Made by a program: the position numbers and the translations under genes | Assembly (NCBI GenBank): GCA_965221585.1 | Contig: OZ244898.1 | Span: 2,489,083 to 2,553,082, forward strand | Reading direction: 5' to 3' | Length of the DNA: 64,000 bases | Source: Candidatus Aldehydirespiratoraceae bacterium | GTDB taxonomy: Bacteria > Actinomycetota > Acidimicrobiia > Acidimicrobiales > Aldehydirespiratoraceae | The notes under the pieces: model-generated | The model's database searches: none | What the model was told of the DNA's origin: nothing | Seen by the model: only the letters and a program-made list of their open reading frames with translations | In this document: positions 48,645 to 58,434 of the stretch, piece by piece | Layout of the letters: every line of letters starts with the position of its first letter | How positions within the stretch are numbered: the stretch's first letter is position 1

Positions 48645-48854
48645 CACACAACCCTAGTGCAAGAATCTTGCGGCGTTCAACATTTAAGCAAAGAAACTGC
48701 AATGAAAAAGTAAAGAACTGGGGAAAACCCCTACCCAGTTATATTGAAACACCTTGAAACTTCCTTGAACGCCATGTGCAGGTTCATGCAGATTGCTTCG
48801 CTCGCGTTTCGATCGTCGTCACGGTCTGCGCCGTCCGGTTGCGTTCACCGGGTT

Positions 48855-49646
48855 CTAGGTGTCGTAGAACTCTCCGGCATTGACCAGCAGGCGTTGCCCC
48901 GTGACCATCCGGGCACGGTCCGAAGCGAAGAACACCGCCGCCTCGGCCACATCCCCGTCGGTAGGCATCTCCCGCAGCGCCATACCCTGAGCGATCTCGT
49001 CCCGTACCTCCTCGGCGGTGATGCCCCGTTCGGCTGCCTGCCACTCACAGAACATCTGGACGTTGGGACCCCACATCCAGGTGGGTACAACGGTGTTCAC
49101 GCGGATTCCCTGCGGCCCGAGTTCCGCGGCCATGTTGCGCGCCATGGACAGCAGCGCCGACTTGGCGGCTGCATACGCGAACTGCGGGATTGCAGGCACG
49201 GGCTTGAGCGAAGCTTGGGAACCAATCAGCACGACCGAGCCACCCCGCTCATTGGATGAGAACGTCGGCGTGACCGAACGGACCACATTCACCGCGCCCA
49301 ACGCGTTGATGTCGAGCACGTTCCGCAATTCGTCATCGTCAAGGTCGGCGAAGGAGCCAATGCTCGCGTCCATGGCAGCAACGTTGATCACAGCATTGAG
49401 CCCACCGAAGCGCTCAACACCGGCGCTCACCGCGGCTTCGAGTGCCGGCCGATCCATCATGTCGGCCCCGGCAACAAGAATCCGTTCCCCGGATGGGTCC
49501 AGTTCGGCGGCCACACCTGTGAGGCGCTCCAGATTCCGGGCCACGGCGACCACGTTGGCACCGTCACGCAGAGCTGCCGCAGCACAGGACCGGCCGAGTC
49601 CGGGCCCGACCCCTACGACCATCACCGTCGAGTTCTCAAGAATCAT
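48855..49646 (-). CDS. SDR-family oxidoreductase
   Basis: GVGPGLG, YAAAKS, IRVNTVVPTWMWGP. Confidence 0.88.
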   Translation of the reverse strand: MILENSTVMVVGVGPGLGRSCAAAALRDGANVVAVARNLERLTGVAAELDPSGERILVAGADMMDRPALEAAVSAGVERFGGLNAVINVAAMDASIGSFADLDDDELRNVLDINALGAVNVVRSVTPTFSSNERGGSVVLIGSQASLKPVPAIPQFAYAAAKSALLSMARNMAAELGPQGIRVNTVVPTWMWGPNVQMFCEWQAAERGITAEEVRDEIAQGMALREMPTDGDVAEAAVFFASDRARMVTGQRLLVNAGEFYDT

Positions 49647-49657
49647 TGCTTCGCTCC

Positions 49658-50461
49658 TTACCAGAGTTGGTCTGTGTAGGTGTCGGTACCGACGATCGTC
49701 GGCAGGAACGGCGCGGCATAAACCACCTCGCCGAGTCCGCTCGCGGCGAGACCGTCGGCGTAGGCCCGGAACCTGTCCCAAACCGCTGTCGGTTCGTCCT
49801 CCAAGAAGAAGCACTGCAGCTGTCGGTCGGTCGGCCCGGGGGGCATTCCCAAATCCATCGGAGCCCGGTCGGTGTCGCCGCTCGATGCGTCCTGATAGTG
49901 CCACGAGACCATGCTCGCGACCGGCGAGTCGGCCATAAGCGCCGGTAGCGCCTCATCGTTGAGATGTTCCACCAGCCGCTCCTCGCTCACACCGTCTGCG
50001 GGATCGACCGCGACCACCCCGAGTCCCTTGTAGGGATGGTCGAAAGCCAACTCGATCGGCACAGGATCGTCGTCGCGGTAGTGGTAGCCGGGCCTTTCCA
50101 AGAGCACCGTGTGAGCATGTATCCGATTCTGGAAACCCCGGTTGTTGCTGTAGAGCCACACCACCTGATCAGCGCCCCAGGCGAAGTGCTCGTCGTGACA
50201 TCCCTCAAGGACGTAATACAGCGCCAGATACGAACCCCGCTCAACGGGACTGGCCACCGGAGTGTCGCCGCGGGGAAAGCGCAGATCCTTCAGTTCCTTG
50301 GTGGCGACCCAACGCTTGCCGGCGAACAGTTTCGGGCCGATCATGCAGCCGGCATAGAAATGATCGCGTTCATACCAACGGTTGTACTCAACCTCGTAGC
50401 CCCTCTCGGGATCGACCATGGTGAACAACATCGAACCGACTCTGATGGGGTAATCGTTCAT
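49658..50461 (-). CDS. Conserved hypothetical protein (possible dimeric alpha-beta barrel, EthD-like)
   Basis: EYNRWYERDH motif, host-like codon usage, AGGA RBS. Confidence 0.65.
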   Translation of the reverse strand: MNDYPIRVGSMLFTMVDPERGYEVEYNRWYERDHFYAGCMIGPKLFAGKRWVATKELKDLRFPRGDTPVASPVERGSYLALYYVLEGCHDEHFAWGADQVVWLYSNNRGFQNRIHAHTVLLERPGYHYRDDDPVPIELAFDHPYKGLGVVAVDPADGVSEERLVEHLNDEALPALMADSPVASMVSWHYQDASSGDTDRAPMDLGMPPGPTDRQLQCFFLEDEPTAVWDRFRAYADGLAASGLGEVVYAAPFLPTIVGTDTYTDQLW

Positions 50462-50521
50462 TCCTGCTCCTATCGAATCTGGCGGGACCTAAGACTGCGT
50501 GATCAAGACGACAAACGCCAA

Positions 50522-50995
50522 TCAGCTGTCGAAGACGATCCGGCCGATCCATTCGGCTATCAGCGCCGGCTTGGCAGCGCCTTCGATCTCGACGGTGATT
50601 ACCCGGGTGCTGTTGATCGCCGCTCCCTTGAGTTCCACCTTGCCGACCACACTGTTGGCTCGAACTCGGCTCCCTGAGAGGACCGGATTGAGGAACCGCA
50701 CCCGGTCGAAGCCGTAGTTGATACCCATCATCACGCCTTCGAGCGGGGGAAGGTCCTGATCGATTGAGTTGGTGAGGTGCGTCAACATCGACAGCGTGAG
50801 GAAACCGTGGGCGATCGTTCCGCCGAACACCGGCGTGGCCCGCTCCGGGTTGATATGGATGAACTGATGGTCGACGGTGCAGTCGGCAAACTCGTTGATC
50901 TGTCCCTGGGTGATCTCGAACCAGTCGCCGTAACCCTCGTCAACACCCTCTTTGGCTTTGAGAAGTTCGTAGGCGCTTGCTGCGTTGCTCATCAT
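50522..50995 (-). CDS. MaoC-family dehydratase
   Basis: FADCTVDHQFIH, GTIAHGFLTLS, NYGFDRVRF; GGAG RBS. Confidence 0.88.
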   Translation of the reverse strand: MMSNAASAYELLKAKEGVDEGYGDWFEITQGQINEFADCTVDHQFIHINPERATPVFGGTIAHGFLTLSMLTHLTNSIDQDLPPLEGVMMGINYGFDRVRFLNPVLSGSRVRANSVVGKVELKGAAINSTRVITVEIEGAAKPALIAEWIGRIVFDS

Positions 50996-51090
50996 GATCT
51001 CCATGGCTCTTTGTCGGAACGATCGCGACTCTAGAACGAACCCGACTGCAACAGCACTTCGAGGAGCGCTCATGCTCATATGCTCAGGGG

Positions 51091-52392
51091 ATGACTGCTC
51101 GTGACATTGCGCCGCCCACAGGCAAACTCGGGGTACTGACCCCGGGAATGGGTGCGGTGGCCTCCACCTTCACCGCCGGTGTGCTCGCCGCCCGCCAGAC
51201 TGGCGAAGCCCCCCTCGGTTCTGTCAGCCAGATGGCCCACATCCGTCTGGGCACCCGTGACGAGAACCGCAACCCGTTGATCCGCGACTTCGTGCCTCTG
51301 GCTGGTCTTGACGACATCGTTTTCGGTGGCTGGGATCCGATCTCGGCCAACGCGCTCGAAGCCGCCCGAACCTGCGGCGTCCTCGAAGAACGCGACCTGG
51401 CCACGATCTCAGCGGAGATGGAGGGCATCGTCGCCATGGACGCTGTCTTCGACCAGCGCTGGGTGAGCCGCCTCGACGGGGCCCGCGTCAAGACTGAGAC
51501 CAACATGTGGGATCAGGCGATGGCGCTCATGGCCGACATCGAGAACTTCCGCATCGAGAACGACTGCGAGCGTCTGGTCATGGTGTGGTGCGGTTCGACG
51601 GAAGCCTTCCAGGAACCCAGCGAGGTCCACGCCACCATCGAATCGTTCGAGAACGGCCTCAAGAACAACGACGACAACATCTCCCCGAGCCAGATCTACG
51701 TCTACGCCGCGTTGCAGTCCGGCGTGCCCTTCGCCAACGGCGCCCCCAACCTCTCCACAGACCTGCCCTGCATGATCGAGCTGTCACATCGCAACCGTGT
51801 GCCGATCGCCGGCAAGGACTTCAAGACAGGCCAGACCCTCATGAAAACCCTCATCGCGCCTGGATTGAAAGCGCGGATGCTGGGGCTTCGCGGCTGGTAC
51901 TCCACCAACATCCTGGGCAACCGGGACGGCGAGGTGCTCGACGCCCCGGAGAACTTCAAGACCAAGGAGGAGTCGAAGCTGGGGGTTCTGCACACGATCC
52001 TGCAGCCCGAGACCTACCCCGAGCTATACGGCAACGTCGACCATGTAGTGCGGATCAACTACTACCCGCCTCGTGGCGACAACAAGGAGGGCTGGGACGC
52101 CATCGACATCTTCGGATGGATGGGCTACCCGATGCAGATCAAGATCGACTTCCTGTGCCGCGACTCGATCCTTGCCGCGCCGATCGTCTTGGATCTGGCG
52201 CTGTTCATGGACCTGGCCGCACGTGCCGGTGAGTGCGGCGTGCAGGAATGGTTGAGCTTCTATCTCAAGGCGCCGCAGGCCGCGGGAGATGTGCCTGCTG
52301 AACAGGATCTGTTCATCCAGCAGACCAAGCTGAAGAACACTTTGCGTGAGTGGATGGGTGAGCCTGCGGTGACCCACTCCGAAGCTGGCTGA
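51091..52392 (+). CDS. ino1: Myo-inositol-1(3)-phosphate synthase
   Basis: WCGSTE, NGAP, GKDFKTGQT, NILGNRDG, GDNKEGWD, CRDSILAAPIVLDL. Confidence 0.93.
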   Translation: MTARDIAPPTGKLGVLTPGMGAVASTFTAGVLAARQTGEAPLGSVSQMAHIRLGTRDENRNPLIRDFVPLAGLDDIVFGGWDPISANALEAARTCGVLEERDLATISAEMEGIVAMDAVFDQRWVSRLDGARVKTETNMWDQAMALMADIENFRIENDCERLVMVWCGSTEAFQEPSEVHATIESFENGLKNNDDNISPSQIYVYAALQSGVPFANGAPNLSTDLPCMIELSHRNRVPIAGKDFKTGQTLMKTLIAPGLKARMLGLRGWYSTNILGNRDGEVLDAPENFKTKEESKLGVLHTILQPETYPELYGNVDHVVRINYYPPRGDNKEGWDAIDIFGWMGYPMQIKIDFLCRDSILAAPIVLDLALFMDLAARAGECGVQEWLSFYLKAPQAAGDVPAEQDLFIQQTKLKNTLREWMGEPAVTHSEAG

Positions 52393-54828
52393 CTAGCCCT
52401 GGTCGATCTCCAGCACGCCTTGGGTGATCAGGTCCTCGATCTCATCGCCGTCGAGGCCCAGCCACTCTGAGGCGATCTCACGGGTGTGTTCGCCGAGCCC
52501 GGGGGCGGGGAAGATATCAGGGGCTTCCATGGCTGAGGCATGGAACCCGCCGCCCTCGAAGATCATGTTGCCGATGGGTGGCTGATACATACTCTGCAGG
52601 TATCCGCGGGCCTCGAGATGAGGATCTGTCGACTGGGAGCTGGCGGTGTGCATCACTCCCGCGGGAACCCCAGCCGCCAAGCAGATCTCGGCTACCTCAG
52701 TGTTGGGGCGTGTGCGGGTCCACTCTGCGATCTTTGAATCGACAGTGTCCTGGGCGGCGCGGCGCCCCGGCTCTTCTGCGAGATCCGGGGCTGTGGCCCA
52801 ATCCGGTGACCCCATCACTGACACTAGGGACTCCCATTCACTGTCGTTGCGCACGCAGATCGCAACCCAATGATCGTCACCCTCACACGGGTACAAACCC
52901 CAGGGCGAACCGTGCTCGGAGTGGTTGCCGAGGGGTTGCACCGAACCGGGCACCAAGGACTCCTTGGCCAGCAGATCACCGATCGTCGACACCGCCTGTT
53001 CGACCTGGCAGACCTCGATGTGTGCACCAGGGCTGTCCCAGCGCCGGCCCAAGAGGTTGGCCAGCGCAGCCACGGAACAGACCCGGCCAGCGAAATGGTC
53101 GGGGTAGATCGATTGGTTGCCGGCCGGTTCAGGGTAGTTCTCGTAGTTCCAGAGGTGCGCGAGGCCGCCCGTCACCTGGGTGTTCGGGCCGTAGCCGAAC
53201 CAGTCGGCCCAGAGTCCCCGTGAACCCATGAGCTGGCTTGAGACCATCACCACATCGGGGTTGGCGGCCTTCATCACCTGATAGCCGAGGCCCATGGCGT
53301 CCATCGTACCCGTGGAATTGTTCTCGATGACGACATCGGCGTCGCGAGCCATCCGCCGCAACAGTTCGACTCCACGTTCGGTCTTGGCATTGACGCCCAG
53401 ACTGCGCTTCGAGCGGTTCGATGAGGCGAACGACGGTGACATCTCCCCTCCGAGCACGGCTCGAATGAAGTCGATATAGCTGCGGCTCTCGATCTTGACG
53501 ACATCGGCACCGTACTCACCGAACATACGGCCGCATTCCACCCCGACTCCACCATGCCCGAAGTCCATAACCCGCAGACCCTTCAACGGTAGGGCCTTCC
53601 CCCCCTCGGAGCCTGATTCCTCTGATTCGGCCCACCATCGGGCGGCCTGGGCCAGTTCGGCGTCACGGCTGACGGGACCCGTCCCGCACCAGAGCGAAGC
53701 GAACACCTCCTCGGTGTGCTCGCCGACATGAGGAGGTCGGCCCGTAGGGCCGCAACGTTCACCGTCGACCTCGAACCAGCCCGACGGCAATTTCATGACC
53801 CGGCCATCATCAATGGTCACATGATCGAACGTCTTGCGGCTCTCGAAATGGGGATTGGCCAACACGTCATCGGGTTTCAGGAAGGGTGTGCAGACGATCC
53901 CCCGCGCCTGGGCCTGCTCGGACACCTCGGCCATGGTCATCGACGAGAACAACTCCGCATACAGAGGGTTAAGCACGGCATCGGCGATCATCAAACGACC
54001 GATGAACCCATCGAGTTCAGGATCCTGCAGATAATCGGGTTCTCCCAACCAGGAACGGATGGCATGCCACTGACGCGGGCTCAACACGATCAGGCGCACG
54101 AAACCGTCCGCGCAGGGAATGATCGTGTAGACCACCCCGGGCCCCGCTCTCTGCTCAGAGTGGGGCTCGCCGGCATCTGCGGAACGGCTCCAATTCGACA
54201 GTGACCAGTCGGTTATCTGAGCCACACACTCGTTGACCGAGGCGTCGATGACCTGCCCGGCACCGGTGTTCCGGAGCTGCCAAAGAGCGCACAGGATTCC
54301 GAACGCGGTGGTGAAGGAGGCTGTGTCGTCGGCGATGTTGCCAGGCGGGAGGATCGGGCCTCCCTCGTGCGTGCCTGCTTTGAACGCCATCCCACCGGTT
54401 GCCTCGATGACCGCGTTGGGCACGTCGCGCCCGGCCCACGGCCCGGTTCGGCCGTACGCGGTGATGGAGGCCACGACCAGATGAGGGTGGCGCGCCAAAA
54501 GCTCGTCTGCGTCGAGGCTCGGATCAGCATGGGTCCCGGGTTCAGCCGAGTCGATCACCACATCGCTTGCATAGATCAGCCCGTGGAGACTCTCGCGCTC
54601 TTCGTCGTCGGACAGATCGACCACCGCGCTGCGTTTGCCGCAGTTGCGGAAGGTGAAGAAGAGCGAATGGTCGCCGTCGATCGGAGGTTTCGAGCGTGAG
54701 GGAGACCCGCCTGGCGGTTCGATCTTGATGACCTTCGCCCCGAGGTCGCTCAATATGCGACCACACAGTTCACCGCGATCAACCGTCAGGTCAACAACTT
54801 GAATCCCGGCCAACGGACGCAGCGCCAC
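52393..54828 (-). CDS. Tandem-duplicated CoA-transferase family III protein
   Basis: Two CaiB modules (PLAGIQVVD...LGAKVIKIEP and PLKGLRVMD...YGADVVKIE). Confidence 0.88.
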   Translation of the reverse strand: MALRPLAGIQVVDLTVDRGELCGRILSDLGAKVIKIEPPGGSPSRSKPPIDGDHSLFFTFRNCGKRSAVVDLSDDEERESLHGLIYASDVVIDSAEPGTHADPSLDADELLARHPHLVVASITAYGRTGPWAGRDVPNAVIEATGGMAFKAGTHEGGPILPPGNIADDTASFTTAFGILCALWQLRNTGAGQVIDASVNECVAQITDWSLSNWSRSADAGEPHSEQRAGPGVVYTIIPCADGFVRLIVLSPRQWHAIRSWLGEPDYLQDPELDGFIGRLMIADAVLNPLYAELFSSMTMAEVSEQAQARGIVCTPFLKPDDVLANPHFESRKTFDHVTIDDGRVMKLPSGWFEVDGERCGPTGRPPHVGEHTEEVFASLWCGTGPVSRDAELAQAARWWAESEESGSEGGKALPLKGLRVMDFGHGGVGVECGRMFGEYGADVVKIESRSYIDFIRAVLGGEMSPSFASSNRSKRSLGVNAKTERGVELLRRMARDADVVIENNSTGTMDAMGLGYQVMKAANPDVVMVSSQLMGSRGLWADWFGYGPNTQVTGGLAHLWNYENYPEPAGNQSIYPDHFAGRVCSVAALANLLGRRWDSPGAHIEVCQVEQAVSTIGDLLAKESLVPGSVQPLGNHSEHGSPWGLYPCEGDDHWVAICVRNDSEWESLVSVMGSPDWATAPDLAEEPGRRAAQDTVDSKIAEWTRTRPNTEVAEICLAAGVPAGVMHTASSQSTDPHLEARGYLQSMYQPPIGNMIFEGGGFHASAMEAPDIFPAPGLGEHTREIASEWLGLDGDEIEDLITQGVLEIDQG

Positions 54829-54898
54829 GTATCCCCCTTTGAAGCCTCAGAGTGCTGATCGTAGCGCCGAACCTCCAACCCGGCTAAGGCGCCGGCGG

Positions 54899-56083
54899 TC
54901 AGCCGCGGGGGAGGTTGAGGATGCGCTCCGCGATGATGTTGCGCTGAATCTCCGAGGACCCGGCCGAGATCGTGCTGCCGAAAGTGGCGAAATAGTCCTC
55001 GATGAGTCCCAGATCGCTTCGTCTGCCTTCCGTGGTCGCCAGAGCCGCCGGGCCTCGCCACTGCGCAGTCACCCGGCCGAGTTCACGCCGCAGTTCGCTG
55101 GCGTACATCTTCATGAGCGCCTGTTCAGGGGCGGTGCCACCCTTGACGAAACGGGCGAAGCCGCGGTAGCCGAGCGCCCGTGCGCATTGCGCTTCGATAT
55201 AGAGACCCACGATGTCGTCGGTCGCCATCACCCGTTCGCGCGGGCTGAGCGGAGCCATGATCTCCGGGACCATCTCCAACAGTTGCGCCATCGCCGATTC
55301 CACGCCCATCACCGACATGAGCCACACCATGGATCGCTCGTGGGCCAGCGATCCGCCTGCCATCTTCCAGCCGTCGTTCAAATCACCGACCAGGTTGGCC
55401 ACCGGAACTGTCACGTCATCGAGGAACACCTCGGACAGGTCGGGATAGTCGGGATGGACGATCTCTTTGAGCGGGCGCACAGTCACGCCTTCGGTGTCGA
55501 GGGGCAACAGCACGATGGAGATGCCGCGATGCTTGGGCACATCGGGGTCGGTGCGACAGAACAAGAAACAGAAATCGGCGTAGCCGGCCCCGGAAGTCCA
55601 GACTTTCTGACCGTTGATCACAAAACGGTCGCCATCGAGCACAGCACGGGTCTTGAGGTTGGCCAGGTCGCTGCCGGCATCGGGTTCGCTCATCCCCAAG
55701 CAGGCGGTTCGCTCACCGCGCAGCAACGGCATGGCGTACTGTTCGATCTGTTCGGCCGTGCCGTAGTCGACCAGGGAGGGGGCGACTATCCCGAGGCCCT
55801 GGGGGTTGGTGGTGCGAGGCACCCCGGAACGGTTCAACTCCTCGAGGTAGACGAGCGTCTCGACCGACCCCGCGTTCCGTCCTCCCAGGTGCGGGGGCCA
55901 GCCCGGAACCAGCCAGCCCGAATCGAACATCCGCCGAGTCCAGGCTTTGGCCCAGTCAGGGCAATGACCGCTGGAGCGGGCCGGGTCGTCGGCCATCTCC
56001 TGATCAGTTGGACGGTTCAGTTCCAACCAAGCGAGAAACTCAGCCCGGAACGCCTCCACATCCTCTTCGAACCGCAACTTCAT
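54899..56083 (-). CDS. Acyl-CoA dehydrogenase
   Basis: MSEPDAGSDLA, NGQKVWTS, EVFLDDV, AGSSEIQRNIIAE. Confidence 0.9.
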   Translation of the reverse strand: MKLRFEEDVEAFRAEFLAWLELNRPTDQEMADDPARSSGHCPDWAKAWTRRMFDSGWLVPGWPPHLGGRNAGSVETLVYLEELNRSGVPRTTNPQGLGIVAPSLVDYGTAEQIEQYAMPLLRGERTACLGMSEPDAGSDLANLKTRAVLDGDRFVINGQKVWTSGAGYADFCFLFCRTDPDVPKHRGISIVLLPLDTEGVTVRPLKEIVHPDYPDLSEVFLDDVTVPVANLVGDLNDGWKMAGGSLAHERSMVWLMSVMGVESAMAQLLEMVPEIMAPLSPRERVMATDDIVGLYIEAQCARALGYRGFARFVKGGTAPEQALMKMYASELRRELGRVTAQWRGPAALATTEGRRSDLGLIEDYFATFGSTISAGSSEIQRNIIAERILNLPRG

Positions 56084-57237
56084 GGCGACACCTCAACCGT
56101 GAGCTCCGACCGTTGAGCCAACCCCAACAGGCCTGCTAACTGTGCTCGATGCCACGAAGCCGAACCGCACAGGACATCACCGACCTTGGCCCGTTTCAAC
56201 AGGAAATGCAGGTCGTTCTCCCAGGTGTAACCGATCCCTCCGTGAAGTTGCAGCCCTTCCTCGGCGAGCAGCCTCTGGCAATCGCCGGAAGCGACTTTGG
56301 CAACATGGCTCGCTTCGCTGCGCCGGGCATCGTCCTCGGCGATTGCCAGCGCCGCGAAGTAGCAGATGGCGTTGGCTTTCTCAACCGCCAAGTACATGTC
56401 GGCGAAGCGGTGTTTCAACGCCTGGAAGGAGCCGATCAATCGGTCGTATTGTTCACGCACCTTGGCGTAGGCAAGCGTGACCTCGAAGATCCGGCGGCAG
56501 GCACCAACTGTGTGCAAAGCCATCGCCACAACCGCTTGCTCGCAGGCCCTTGCGATTTCGCGGCTGGCATCTCCGGCGAGCAGCAGTGTTGCGGGCACGG
56601 CATCGAAGCGCACGTCGGCCAAGCCGATTGCCGGGTCTAAGGCCCCCGAAGCGGCGACTTCCGCATGTGCCCGATCCACCAGGAGGACAGCCAACTGCTC
56701 GCCGCGGTCACTGCCGCTCGGGCGTGCCACAACCGCGAACGAGTCAACTTCGACCCCTGCCAACACCGCCGTCTTGTGGCCCGAGACGGTGATCGAGTCG
56801 CCTCGGCCAACGAATGTGGTGTTGATCGAATCGAACGACCAACGCCCGTTCTCGGCCAACACCAGCGAACCCGTGCGGTTCCCCGTTGCAACCTCCGTCA
56901 GCAGTTCGCCAACCTCGGCGCTCGGCTCGCTGTCGAGTGCCTCGACGAGCAACGGCACAAATTGCGTGATTGTGGCAAGCAAAGGTGTCGGCGCGCTGAC
57001 CCTGCCCAGTTCCTCGGCAAGGATGCCCAATTCGACGAATCCCATACCGATTCCGCCGTACTCTTCAGGGACACCCAGCGCGGGCCAACCCAGCTCGACC
57101 ATCTGTCTCCACAGATCACCAGCATCAGCGGTGCCCTCATAGACCCCGCGAACCAACCCAGCCGGACACTCTCGGGCAAGCACCGCACGAACATTGTCTC
57201 TCAGATCAATCTGATCGTCGCTCAGTTCCAGGTGCAC
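56080..57237 (-). CDS. Acyl-CoA dehydrogenase-family partner subunit (probable heteromer with 54899-56083)
   Basis: REQYDRLIGSFQALKH, LQLHGGIGYTWE; degenerate N-terminal motifs; ATGA overlap. Confidence 0.85.
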   Translation of the reverse strand: MHLELSDDQIDLRDNVRAVLARECPAGLVRGVYEGTADAGDLWRQMVELGWPALGVPEEYGGIGMGFVELGILAEELGRVSAPTPLLATITQFVPLLVEALDSEPSAEVGELLTEVATGNRTGSLVLAENGRWSFDSINTTFVGRGDSITVSGHKTAVLAGVEVDSFAVVARPSGSDRGEQLAVLLVDRAHAEVAASGALDPAIGLADVRFDAVPATLLLAGDASREIARACEQAVVAMALHTVGACRRIFEVTLAYAKVREQYDRLIGSFQALKHRFADMYLAVEKANAICYFAALAIAEDDARRSEASHVAKVASGDCQRLLAEEGLQLHGGIGYTWENDLHFLLKRAKVGDVLCGSASWHRAQLAGLLGLAQRSELTVEVSP

Positions 57238-57240
57238 GGT

Positions 57241-58434
57241 TCAGCCGAGTTCGGTGCCGTAGATGCCCACGAAGCTGATCATCTCGCCGGGGTAGCCACC
57301 GAGGTTGTGGGTCAGCCCCTGAGTCCGGTCGCTGACCGGGATTCTGCGGTCGTCGGGAGCGGCACCGCGCAGCTGCAGCCAAACCTCATAGAGCATCCGC
57401 AGACCCGAAGCCCCGACCGGATGGCCGAACGACTTGAGGCCTCCGTCGGTGTTGACCGGAAGCCGCCCATCGAGCGCGAAGTCCCCGTCGAGAACATCAC
57501 GAAACGCCTCGCCCCGTTTCGAGAAGCCCAGGTCCTCCATCAGCACAAGTTCGGTCGGCGTGAAGCAGTCGTGCACCTCAGCCATGGCGATCTCAGCTGT
57601 CGGGTCGGTGATTTCCGCTTGTGCGTATGCATCATCGGCAGCCCATTTCGATTCGTTGAGCGTCGTGTAGTCATAGTCGGGGTCGAGCGACCCGGCACCC
57701 GTGCCGGCGACGCAAGACAGTGCCTTGATGTACAGAGGGTCGTCGCAATACCTGTGGGCATCGGTGGCACGGCACATGATCACACCTGCAGCTCCGTCGG
57801 CCACGCCCGCGCAGTCGAACACCGACAACCGTCCCGCCACTGCCGCCATCTGGCAGATCTGTTCCGCCGTGGTCTCGCGCCGGAATTGCGCAAGCGGGTT
57901 GCGGGCTCCGTTGTAGTGGTTCTTCTCGGCGATCTTGGCTACGGCGTAACGCAGCTCGTCCTCGTCGATCCCGTACTTGGCTGCGTAGGCGGGGAGAATC
58001 AGACTGAACATCGCCGCCGCGGTCAGCGTGCGCTGAGTTCCGTCAGTAGGGATGGGGAAGGCGTTGAGACCCTGGTAGCCGCCGTCCTTGACCTTCTCCG
58101 CTCCCAGCGTCATCACCAGGTCGTATGCGCCTGAAGCCACGGCGTAGGCGGCTTGACGCATCGCCTCGGAACCGGTCGCGCAATAGTTCTCGACGCGGGT
58201 GATCGGTTTGCCATGAATCTTGAGCGGGCCGCCCATGGCCAACCCGGAAGCCGACGACTGTGAGGTACCGAACCAGAAAGCATCGATGTCGTCCTGGGCC
58301 ACGCCCGCCGAGGCGTAGGTGGCCTGGGCACCGTCGATGATCAGGTCGTCGAGCGATTTGTCCCAATGTTCGGCGAAGGGAGTGCATCCCACACCGATGA
58401 TCGCCACCTGGTCCTTGATCCCGTGTGACCCCAT
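57241..58434 (-). CDS. Thiolase (SCP2/archaeal-type acetyl-CoA acetyltransferase)
   Basis: VENYCATG, AEVHDCF, GHPVGASG, HNLGG. Confidence 0.9.
   Translation of the reverse strand: MGSHGIKDQVAIIGVGCTPFAEHWDKSLDDLIIDGAQATYASAGVAQDDIDAFWFGTSQSSASGLAMGGPLKIHGKPITRVENYCATGSEAMRQAAYAVASGAYDLVMTLGAEKVKDGGYQGLNAFPIPTDGTQRTLTAAAMFSLILPAYAAKYGIDEDELRYAVAKIAEKNHYNGARNPLAQFRRETTAEQICQMAAVAGRLSVFDCAGVADGAAGVIMCRATDAHRYCDDPLYIKALSCVAGTGAGSLDPDYDYTTLNESKWAADDAYAQAEITDPTAEIAMAEVHDCFTPTELVLMEDLGFSKRGEAFRDVLDGDFALDGRLPVNTDGGLKSFGHPVGASGLRMLYEVWLQLRGAAPDDRRIPVSDRTQGLTHNLGGYPGEMISFVGIYGTELG

Noticed and set aside
48590-48757. 55-aa plus-strand ORF preceded by GGAGGGG
   Set aside because: Codon usage is unlike the genome. 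The G-rich tract is better explained as the complement of the C-rich tract in the minus-strand RNA, which has promoter and terminator support.
52393-54828. Double CoA-transferase as a novel fusion
   Set aside because: Tandem family III CoA-transferases are common in Actinobacteria.
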